This document shows positions 53,501 to 64,000 of a DNA stretch of 64,000 nucleotides, one piece after another. The stretch spans positions 23,994,001 through 24,058,000 of the forward strand of contig CM068747.1 of NCBI GenBank assembly GCA_035084275.1, given 5' to 3'. The number at the start of each line of letters is the position of its first letter. Within the stretch, counting starts at the first letter, position 1. This stretch comes from Hydrolagus colliei (Eukaryota). The position numbers were made by a program, and so were the translations under genes. The notes under the pieces were generated by a model. The model had not been told where the DNA came from, ran no database searches, and saw only the letters and a program-made list of their open reading frames with translations.

Positions 53501-56500
53501 GAACGTGGGTGATTATGAATTGAAGTGATAGTCGGTAAAAACAGCAGCTTGGTGTCACAACCGCAGCTTTGTCAGCAGTGAAACAACGCTGCATTTGTCA
53601 TCGGCGAATAACTGAATTAATAGGTTATTGTTTTAATGCATAATTTATTAAAAAAGGAAACGAACGTCGACTTTATACACGTGACGACAGCATAAATTGA
53701 ATTTTGCAGGAGTGTGCTCTGTGACAAAAGCACAGAAGCAATAAATGCCGAGGTTCATATTGTAAACTATCTCCGGCCAGTTTAATAAAACAATTCTTCA
53801 AAGACATCTGTATTTACCACAGTAATTTGTACAGTTTAATTACACCTTTTTCCAGAGAGAGAGAGGTTTTTGGGGGACAGAGTAGTTACGAAATGGCACT
53901 AAAACACTACACCATAATTAGCTGTTATTTACCGTTATTGGAAAATATTTATAGTTTTATTTATAACGCTGTTGCCCCCCCTCTTTGCCATTTTAGTTCT
54001 GGTGTGATGTGGTTGGAATTCAGGAATTCTCTTTCCTCTTACATTTCTACTCTGCTATAAATAAAGAGTTTGCTGACATTTTGCTTTTATTCCAATCATA
54101 AAGCGTCGGGACATAACTCTGAATAGGACAGGCTATGCTTATCCTATAGTTGTCCCGTATCTGGTATTGTTTAGATATAATACATATTATATTATATATT
54201 CTGTATGTAAACATGCACCAACATCTTGCCCTAATGTTCATCTTACTAAACTTGATCAGATGATATTTGCACTATATCATAACCATACAAAATGAACCAG
54301 CAAGTGAAAATAATACTCTGCCCTCGCTGTGGCTTTGCAAATCACTATAATTTGTTCAGATGAATCAAACACAGACTTTTAGTTTTTTTGCCTGCTCGTT
54401 TATATCCACCGCTGTAGGGAATAAATAGTCATGTTACTGCAAAGATCACAGTGTAAAATGGAACGCTTATTTCATCTTCTGAAGCAAAACGCCCACAGCC
54501 ATAGTAAAGTACCACATTCACAGGAAAATACTTTCTGAGAACTCGAGTGCCGGTGCAGTTGTTCTGCTTCAGTCTCATTCACAGACTTTCCATGACGCTT
54601 CAAAGAGAACAAAATATATATCTCATGGTATTCAGCATCAGCTCAGGCCTCTATTTCGCTTTCCAGAAACAGGCAGCAGATGCCATGACAGCCTGCATTG
54701 TTTGCAATAAAGAACAACTAAACCGTAAAATCTACGCCATTTCATGACACACAGCGACGCCTTAATAATAAACCCATCTAGCTTCTATTTACCCCCAACC
54801 CACCCCCCCTCCCTCCCCTCCAAAAATGCAATAGATACAAATTTTTTGCACCTGAAGTTTATCATTGTTGCTCCAAAATGTTAAAGCTAATCCCAGTAGA
54901 AGGTCACCAGATCTGCTTGCTACAACTTATGACTGTCGCCTGGTAGCACAGAGTAGGAAGCAAAGGGCGCTATTCATCAAACATATATGACAGTTACATT
55001 CATTTACTATCTTACTGAAAACAAAACTAAAAAATGTTTACCTACCAAACCTCCATTTTTCAGTTGCTGGTAACGAGCTAGTGCAGCAACGTGTGATAGC
55101 GGACCATTTGTATATAATATTCTTGGGATCTGTTCACTTTTCAAGTGTGATAGAGTCCTTTGCTTGGCCGATTAATGACGACGCCGTGTTTCTTTCGGGA
55201 CGTACTGCATTAATTATTTAGTAAATCACGTGGCCGAATCAAGTATAAAAGGATACATAAAATCCTACCACCTCTTCAAGACATTTGGGTTCACAAAATG
55301 CAAAAGTCGCTCCCACATATATTTAAAAATATATAGATAGATAGATATATATAAAGCTGGTAAATATGTTTTGAAATTTTTAAGGGAAAAGACTAACAAA
55401 CATGGCTGTTTAGAAACGTTGGGCTGCATCAGCTTTGTCCCACTTTGAATGACCAGCCTATGGTATGGTCCTATTGACTCGATACCTATTTCTCTGTTAT
55501 TTCTCCTTATAGACTTGAAGTAAGGCGGCAGGGCGGTATATACAGCAATACGATATGATATTAATAATATCAATAATTTAAGTTAAACTTTGTGAAGATT
55601 TCTTTTTTAAATAAAACTGTCTTAAGATTGTTTTCATAGTTGTGGGGCTCAATTGATTAAAGGGAGATATGATACAAAGCTATTTCTGTCTGACATAATA
55701 AATGTACATGTACAATAACACATGCACATGTCCATGTACATATATTTTTAGAATACACAGGTACACACAAAAACACGTTTGCATGTGTTTGGTGGGCAGG
55801 GGCACGATATTCACATATATAAATATGCAAGCTGATTGATCGTGTCTTGCATTATATGTGACATTATGAATTTTGAATAATACAACAGTTCAGAATCATG
55901 ATGTTGTTGACTTTTATATCCTCTACTTTCCATGTTTTACGTTGTATTATATGTGACAAATGACACAGTGAAAGAATTCGAGAATAATTACATATCTGGA
56001 CTTAAAACTTTGAATTATAAATAGTCACCAGTACTTACATTAATACATGTTGCAGCGTAGCTTAAATATTGATAAATTACATTGTTGAGTGAATGTGAAA
56101 CGTTATCAATTGACCTTGGTGGGAACTGCGGTTAAATGTAGTCTCTTTTTCAAGGAGAAAGGTGTTACACAAAAGTCAAAGTCATACACTGCTTAGAGCT
56201 TCTTTTAATATCTATTTGTTCGCACAATCTAGAGTGGAGCTTCAAAAAGGTAACCCCGCAACACATGCTGGTCATTAATCTCCAGTTATTGAGGTGGTTT
56301 GCATACAACGGATGTCCGTTTCCATGATTAAAGCACCTTTTTTTTTGCAACCCTAAAGAAGTTCGTTTAAAATATTGCACATCCCCCCCCCACCCTCCCC
56401 ACCTCTCGAGTTGTTTGCATATTTCACCAATTGCAATAAAATCTCAATAAAATCAAATTAAACTTTTACGCTAAATAATTTAGGTTCTTGGGGAGAGGGG

Positions 56501-57521
56501 GAGGTGGTTTGGATCGAGGGAGGGCGTTGGAATGGTCCATATATATAACATACAATGAGATTGTGGGATTATAATTCAAGCATTAACAGCGCCCAAACAG
56601 GAACACCTACACAATACAGGGTGTTGTGTACACTCGGTCTCCAAATGTGCCTCCTTTAATTAAAAAAAGAATAATGACCAAATTATGCCAATGTTACCCA
56701 TAATCTGGATGTAAATTGATAATGTTTGAAAATGATTCTGAATAGAAATGCTTTAAACCGGCTGAAATCGAAGCCTGTTAATGGATTTCAGGACCATTCA
56801 TTGTGGGATTATATATTTTTAAAAACGGTATTTATTTTTGCCACATAATTAAAGAAGACGTGAACAGATTTCTATTCTGTTTATTGGTAAACAACATCTG
56901 GCATTGTTCGAAACAACTATCAGGAACCCCTCGCAACATCATTTAGAATAGTCTGCAACGCGCTCGCCAGCATCTGATGCTAATTTTCAGAGCAATTTGA
57001 ACCTCAATAATATTCAACGGAGGTTTTTGTTTAGATGTTCAATGCAAACGGTGGAAGATAAGGAATGTTTCGCTGCCTGTTTTTTTGTCTCTCTCTCTCT
57101 CTCTTTCATTCAAACGGCAGAGAAAAGGAAAGGAGCCACATTGAGTTGAAAATGAGCAAAGTTTGAAGTCGGGTAAATCAGCAACTTTTAACCTAACGGA
57201 GGCTACGACAGCAAAGATTCGGTTTGTTAAGCAATGGCGTATTTTGTGTGTGTGTGCTGAAGATGGGAGAACGAGAAATTGTGGATGCTGATGGCCCCGT
57301 GCTTCACACCAGAGAGACACTATGTCCTGTGAATTGTCCCAGGGTTACAAGTTATAGAAAGAAGAACAGTTCATACGTGATAAACTGTTTCAACTGGCTT
57401 CAGCTGGATGGTGTCTGTGTTAAAACACATAGAAAAGGCGAAGGGTAGGATTGAGTCCAAAAGGTCAAGGGTTTAGAGGTCAGTCCTCCCGGCTGAAATA
57501 CAGCTAATCGAATAGAAAATT

Positions 57522-57538
57522 TGTCCTCTTGGTGAACC
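57522..57538 (-). promoter_or_regulatory. HoxD4 3' neural-enhancer DR5 RARE
   Basis: Minus strand GGTTCA-CCAAG-AGGACA followed by AA-TTTTCTA; the mouse Hoxd4 3' RARE is GGTTCA-CCCAG-AGGACA with a TTTTCTG element 2 nt downstream. Confidence 0.85.
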
Positions 57539-59444
57539 TGTTTCTGCAGTTTGCCCGAACTTCAGTAAAATACCTTTTCAGCTTCTCAACATGAAGGCGT
57601 CAGAAAAGGACATCTTCGCTATGCGTGAACCTTACGCGGGTTTTGTACTGGCAACAATGATTTAAATGGTATAGAGAATATCACTCATTTATAATATCAC
57701 GACGTGGATATATTATAGTAATGTCATGTGCAAGTCTGAGAACTACACGGCAGACCCTATAAAGAACAAAGAATGGTGAGAATCGTCTTTTCACGCAGAC
57801 TATATCCAGCTAAGCCAGCTGCATGCTTTGCAGGGCAAAGAAGGGACAGGGAAATAGCTAACTTTCTTTTGTTTCTGAAGACTACCAAAAAACAAGAGAG
57901 AGAGAGAGAGGAGCTGAACATCGAAATTCTTAGCAAATACTTATTCTTAACTCGCATCTTGAGAGAATGTTGGCATTGCCACAGGAATTGCTGTGTGATT
58001 GCGAATAATTATTTCCTGGCTGCTGGTTTGGCTCGGTTTCCTTTTAGTGGATTAGATAACACATTAACACACGCCTCCCCCCCCCCCCCCCCCCCCCCCC
58101 ACCCACTCCCCCCCCGCCCCACCACCCCCACCCCCGACTTTATTCACTTGTATTCATTTTCTATAAATAATTTTAATAGTAAGGTCTATTGCAGAAAATG
58201 CTGTGCGTATTTGCACACCATGAACGCGTAGCTGCAACATGTTAGATTTATTAAGCTTGTGAAGCAGGACACTCGATATTTGCATTTATTTTGCGCGTGT
58301 TCATCTCTTTAACGTGTACGAAAAGAACGCTTTATGTGTATAATTACTATTAAATGCAACACTGGACAATTGAATTTACCATCTGCATTCTTCAATCTAT
58401 TTTATTGCATTTGAGCGATTCATAAATTAGAAGCGTTTTCCCCATTGTTCAAACCAAAGATTGCCCAGTGCCTCAAACACATTCATACTAAATATACTGA
58501 GAAGGATTTTTAAAAGATTAATTATGCGCTTGTTTTATGGGGTTACTGATATAGGAAACACCAAATGCATAGGGAGTGATATCATTGTACTTTGCCCTCA
58601 TAATACAGCCAACAATTTATACGTTTAAGGCATCTGGGTATCCTGCAGTGAGTGGCGGTTTTAAAGCGCTACACAAAGCAACTGGGTGCGAAATCCCCAT
58701 TACATACCAATGTGCCACTGATTGATATCATGAGAATGTTGGCACATCACATAGGATGCTGTGCTAAGGAAGCTCTTACTCGTTTCTTCTGAGTGTAATA
58801 CAACATTGGCTTTCCCTAAAACAGAAAAGGTACAAGTATCTTTCAGCAATTGGTGTTTAGGTGTAAATAATTCAATTGGGAAGCCTCACCCTCGACTATT
58901 GTCTTCTAGCCCTGTAAATCAACCACCACCGCTGTCCCTGCAGATAAATGGGCTGGAGAAACGACAAGGTTTCTTCGCAAAACAAAATATCCAATGTGTA
59001 AACTGTTTTCTGTTTTTAAACTGTGTGACTGTCATATTGTTGTCCGCTCATCCGTTCTAGAGAAAAAAAATCGAAAGGAAACACATTCCCACTTGTAATA
59101 CTAAACGTTCACAGATTGGTGTAACCAGCTTACTCATTTATCAACCAATAAACCGAGAAACAGACTTTTAACAAGCGCCTTGAACACAAAGTACTGCTCT
59201 GAAGATTCAAAGAGGCACATTTTCCTTTCAGTGGCCTTGCTTACAGCATTTCTTGGATATATATTGTTGAATTTCATATTACAAGAGTTCTCGGCATTCG
59301 CTTTGTTAGGCTTAACGCCAGTATATATATATATATGTATATATATATATGAGTTCTCTTCACGTCACAGCATAAATAATAATAATTCTTCCCAGAATAT
59401 CAATAAGGAAAACTACTCAGGCTCTTCACATTGTTACTACTAAA

Positions 59445-59450
59445 TTTATT
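59445..59450 (-). terminator. Candidate HoxD4 polyadenylation signal
   Basis: AATAAA on the minus strand about 0.7 kb after the stop codon. Confidence 0.4.
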
Positions 59451-60130
59451 TTTGAACTTTAGTAGTGCGTACGAATTTTGGTATCATTCTTTGAACATAA
59501 AAATGTATGCAATATTGCATTGAATACTTGTACAATAATCCATCCAGCAGCACAATAAGTATTACAAATATCATTTTTTTCTCGTCTTAAATAAAGAAAC
59601 CACAGTCACAGTCTAATTCTCGATCACTATAAATCTCGAATATCAACACAATATACATAAAGAGATGGAATCGCAAAAATACAAATTACAAGCAAAAATA
59701 GTTGTGGGAACCAGAAATTGCCACAACAAATCACTGAGCCTTCATTATAAAATAAAAAAAGACCATGAACAAGCGTCGCAGCCTTTCCTTTTCATGCTAG
59801 CAGACTAAACATGTACCTTCCTGGTGTATTCGCCTCACCGCATCCTCACCACTTAGTGTGTATCACTTAATAAGGTTACTAAGGTGTGCTGTTTGGTAAG
59901 AATTCACAATGACTAGAGTCGCAATTATTTCAACAACAGCTAAGGTGATGATCCATTTTTGCTTCATTTTCTACATTAAAGAACATGGTGACTGCATAAA
60001 ATGAGGTTCTTTCAATTCCGTAGAATCAGCAGGAAAGCAACTACAAGCCATGATATCGGTACATGCAATTTCTGCCTGGAAATGTCATATAATATGTACA
60101 CTCAGAGAAAACCAATTCTTTGATGTTCTT

Positions 60131-60438
60131 CTATAAACTTGTGAGATCTGTTTGCTGATCCTTGGACACAGTTTGTGACTGTTGGTTGGAAGCAGAAGAA
60201 CTTGACGATCTGGTCTTAGTGTTGGGCAGTTTGTGGTCTTTTTTCCACTTCATTCTTCTGTTCTGAAACCAAATTTTGATCTGGCGCTCGGAAAGACATA
60301 AAGTGTGAGCTATTTCAATACGACGTCTCCTTGTCAGATACCTGTTAAAATGGAATTCCTTTTCCAGTTCTAAAACCTGCTGCCTTGTGTAGGCAGTTCG
60401 TGAACGTTTGGGTTCCCCTCCAGTGTAATTGGGATTCA
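60131..60438 (-). CDS. HOXD4: HoxD4 exon 2 (homeodomain)
   Basis: Acceptor tttgtttttcag|TG; [74 protein letters not shown]...[10 protein letters not shown] (human D4 ends KDHHTDLTTL). Joined CDS is 720 nt (239 aa). Confidence 0.96.
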
Positions 60439-60696
60439 CTGAAAAACAAAATAGTTCAAAAAAAACATTCAAATCCGAACCTAAAGTTTGGCACTTGCTA
60501 CTTCCGCCAATACAGTCCTCCCATTAAAATCTGCACGCTCCCCTGTCACAATATATCTGGGAGAAGTTTAAAATGTATTATTACTGAAGCTTAACTTGAA
60601 AGTTCTTTCAAAATCTGACTTATAACATGTTCCTGTTACTCTCAGGCTCGAGTTTTCACATAGAGCCAACCACATGGCCAGCGGCCTATTTCCTCA

Positions 60697-60725
60697 GCAA
60701 TAAAAATTTATGATGGGTGTAATTG
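60697..60725 (-). promoter_or_regulatory. HB-1-like homeodomain-binding element in the HoxD4 intron
   Basis: Minus strand CAATTACACCCATCATAAATTTTTATTGC, a cluster of ATTA/TTTAT sites resembling the conserved HB-1 element of Hox4 introns. Confidence 0.7.
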
Positions 60726-60881
60726 CGGGTCTCTCTCTTTTTTTTGAAAAAAAACGCTCATAAATCCTCTTTTGGAGGAGTTATTTACGATAGCCCGAAA
60801 GCAATGAGTCACAGATACACTGCCAAGGGTGGTGGCGGCGAGCTACCGGCAAAAGCACCAAAATATAAGAGTGGACCTTAC

Positions 60882-61293
60882 CGTTGTTAACGTGGATTTT
60901 TTTCATCCAAGGATAAACCACAGCTGGTTGTTTGGTTGCTGTGCCGTTTTGGTTCCTTGCATTGTGTTGTTGTTGGTTGCAAGGCCGGGCTGTGGAGACT
61001 TGAAGCGGTGCTCCGGCTTCTGGTAGCCCTGGGAGGGGGATCTGGTTAGCGGGCTGTGCCTGCACATGACCCCTCTGCTGGACTGAAGAGCCCCGAGCGT
61101 TGCTGCAGCTGTAGGACTGGCCGCTGTAGTTTGACCGTGGATAGATTCCTTGGTGCTGAAAATCAGAGTCCTGCGACTGGCTGTAATACTCTGAGCAGTG
61201 GTCAGGTATGTAGCTATTTTGCGAGTATTCCTCGCAAGGAGGAAATTTGGGATCCACATATTTAGAGTTCATCAAATACGAACTCATGGTCAT
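60882..61293 (-). CDS. HOXD4: HoxD4 exon 1
   Basis: [23 protein letters not shown]...[16 protein letters not shown]; donor AACG|gtaagg in phase 1. Confidence 0.96.
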
Positions 61294-61393
61294 TAATTTC
61301 TGAAGGTGGAAAATACTAATTTTTCTCGAGTTGTCTTTTTTCCCGTTCCATAAAGCCCTCCTACTTGCTGTCAACTGAATAAAGTTAGTCACC

Positions 61394-61414
61394 CATGTGA
61401 CCGTGAGAGCCAAT
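61394..61414 (-). promoter_or_regulatory. HoxD4 promoter E-box (USF-type) + CCAAT (NF-Y) module
   Basis: CATGTGac at 61394-61401, with CCAAT at 61410-61414 lying 10 nt from the E-box core. The same USF/NF-Y pairing is known from the HOXB4 promoter. Confidence 0.7.
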
Positions 61415-62736
61415 GGCTGGTTCGAGCCCGATTCCCGGATAAGGAAACAGCTAATGACAAATTTTCACAAACTTCGTCCCGAAAACCTTGAATTTTGATC
61501 ATAAATCCCGCAACATCTTTTTTTTGGGGGTTTGTTTGTGTTTGTTTTGCTGTGTGTTTATTTGCGGCAAGTGCTCTCTGATATTTCGAGAAAACAAACG
61601 TTAAAAAAAAGGTCGTTTCTAGTTGCAGGGAATAGGCATCAACCCATTGAGCGCCCGAATATTGCTCAGGTAATTTGCTATTTTGTCCAAGAGCATTTTT
61701 TTTTCGACCATCCTTTGGCCCCTTTTCACACAAATAAAGGATGCTAAACACTGGGTTGATTTCTGCAAAAAAATATTAGGAGCTTGACAATAGAGAGGGT
61801 ACTTGGGGGGAAAGGGGGGGGGGGGGGAACAATTGGCTATCCAACGCACACAGAGTGACAAAGGAAATATCTACTTAGCCCCAAATAAAATGGAATAACA
61901 GAGTTGAGGGAAAATAATGAAGGCTGAGTGAGACGAGAGAGTGTCTTTTGGGCAAAGAGATTCAAAGATAAACATGGTGTATTGTCCCACTGAAGCTGGA
62001 AGAAGGCATTCACGCAGGGAATTTTGTTACACGTGTTGCTTGAGGACATTGTAAGGTCAAAACTGATTCGGTCTGAAAGTTTACTAATTCCGGATCGTGG
62101 AACGTAGAGCTTTCTCATTTCATTACCTTGTTTCATTAGGAAATATTTATTGCTCGAATCTGTAGGAAGTGGCGACAGCGAAATTCTTATTTTACATCTT
62201 TCCCATCTCAGCACATCTTATTTTTTATCTAAAAAAAACGAAACGCGATACCGTTGATTTCATATCAAACTGTATTTTATTTTGAATACGTACAATTCAG
62301 TTGTTGTTTTGTTTTTAAAAAAAGGCCTTTATAATAAAACACGCATTTGGTTCGATTTAATTCGAGAGCATCGTATTTGCAACAAACGGGGTGTAAAACT
62401 GTGAGCGAATATCTTTGCAGACAAGGAATTGTCATCGTCATGGAAACGAGAAACATTCAGCAAGAAATACTTAAGTTTTTGCAATATCATGTTCACCAGC
62501 GAGAAAAATCCACAAGATTAAAAGTAATACAGCATGTTTAGCATCACATTTATAATGAAACGAGAGCACAGATGAGCATTTGCTGTGAGCAGGTAGATTT
62601 GATGGTTTCCTACCTAATATTAATGACTGGTTCAAATATGAAAATAGGCCATCGCCAATCATATGGCTCTGTTTTACTTAGAGCTAAATTAATCTGGACA
62701 GGGAAAGCCACCGAATTTCTAATTTTCGTAGTGTTT

Positions 62737-62820
62737 GCATCGACCACATACTCCCCTAAAAACGAATCTGTGACCGAAACATCACACAAATTCGGTTCTA
62801 CAGGGTATATATAGACGACG
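62737..62820 (-). ncRNA. MIR10B: miR-10b precursor hairpin (mature 5p at 62785-62807)
   Basis: Minus strand TACCCTGTAGAACCGAATTTGTG is identical to miR-10b-5p. The 3p arm ACAGATTCGTTTTTAGGGGAGT pairs with it, and the position is the canonical one upstream of Hox4. Confidence 0.96.
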
Positions 62821-64000
62821 GATTGCAAATTAGTTCGATGCATTATGTACAGAATAGGAAAAACAAATCTGATTTCAGCAACAAGCAGTCTCTCAGGGGT
62901 TAATCACGTGTATCATTGATAAACAAGAAAGATAGTATTCAAGAGAAGCTGTTTTAACATAACACCGGTGTTAATCATTAGAACGTAAATATAAGTAATT
63001 TCCTACTATATAGGTGGCTGCAAATAATTATATTTCAATTGTTTCGGCAGCATCGGTTCACGAAGCAGCGTGCAGAGCTGGGCTGTACAGGCAGTCAACA
63101 AGCCAGAAGTTAACAGTTTTACAATGTTTGCAAATCCTTCGTATTTCAGCGAGGTTTTATAGGAGAGACAGTTTGTAGTGATCCGCTTCAGCTAACATTA
63201 CTAAGTGCCCCAGCATGACTCAATAATTACTCCAGATGCTAATAATTTGAACTCCCCACTAACAAACCGCAGGATGTTTTTAATAAATTTCGCCTGGTTC
63301 TAAATAATTCGTAAAGCTAATCAAATGCAACTGATACAGAATTGCACAAATATTGGTTTTCAGATCGTTTTAAAGTCATTAATGATATCCTTAAACTCAC
63401 AACAGCTCAGGATGATAACGTTTGTTTGTTTCGATATCAGATGATTCACTTCTTAGAAACTGGATCAGCTGATAATCCTCACTGTTCGCTTGAAACCATG
63501 TGAGATCAAAAACAAACCCATTCCAGCCTCAGATACAAGAAAAGGCACAATGCAATCTGCCGCCTCACCAGCATTGCTCTGCCTGCTACATGTCGACTTG
63601 ATCTAAGGACAAGGTGGTTTCTAAACTCTCATGCATTGCAGGTTCGTCACTTTCATTTGTCCCTGAAGTCTCTGCAGTGTCCAAGCGTTTGTGGGTTAAA
63701 CGTACTGAAGGGCAAAGGGGTCAGGCTGAAATCATTTACAAACACATCGGAAACTTTCATTATTATTTGCAGTTTAGCTACCGTCGCACTTATGACCTTC
63801 TGTAAGTCTTTAGAGCTTTCCCGAACTCACTGCTCTGCTGAGAACCACATCAGTTGTGCCTTTATTCTCCAATTACACAATCGTGAAATACAAGAGGCAG
63901 CCTGAGATCTCTTAGAAACTCCGCCAAACGAAATGGAGTAAGTGTGTTTCACAATATACAGATCTTATTAAAAACCTAAACTGTTTGATCTCCGTGGATG

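Noticed and set aside
56111-56127. Degenerate DR5 (minus strand AGTTCC-CACCA-AGGTCA)
   Set aside because: One half-site deviates at a key position, and such near-matches are expected by chance in 64 kb.
61294-61413. 40-aa N-terminal extension of HoxD4
   Set aside because: It starts at a TTG inside the CCAAT box, probably upstream of the TSS, and the conserved protein starts at 61293.

Overview
Vertebrate genomic DNA containing the 3' (anterior) end of a HoxD cluster on the minus strand. The order is miR-10b, HoxD4, HoxD3, HoxD2, HoxD1, then an 18 kb intergenic stretch and the first two coding exons of MTX2 (metaxin-2), the usual 3' neighbour of HoxD. All four Hox genes assemble into intact two-exon ORFs with GT-AG phase-1 introns. 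An intact HoxD2 excludes tetrapods and teleosts. Together with the compact spacing and the tRNA-derived SINE/L2 repeats, it suggests a cartilaginous fish (possibly a chimaera); this species assignment is inference. Bases 1 to about 21.5 kb carry many SINE, L2 and CR1 remnants plus a MITE-like hairpin, whereas the cluster itself is almost TE-free. The most notable non-coding signals are three co-oriented DR5 retinoic-acid response elements (one a near copy of the Hoxa1 3' RARE lying 3' of HoxD1), an E-box/10-11 nt/CCAAT module upstream of all four Hox ORFs, a miRNA-seed-dense HoxD1 3'UTR and a uORF in the HoxD4 leader. I found no convincing novel protein-coding system; most other ORFs in the track look spurious.
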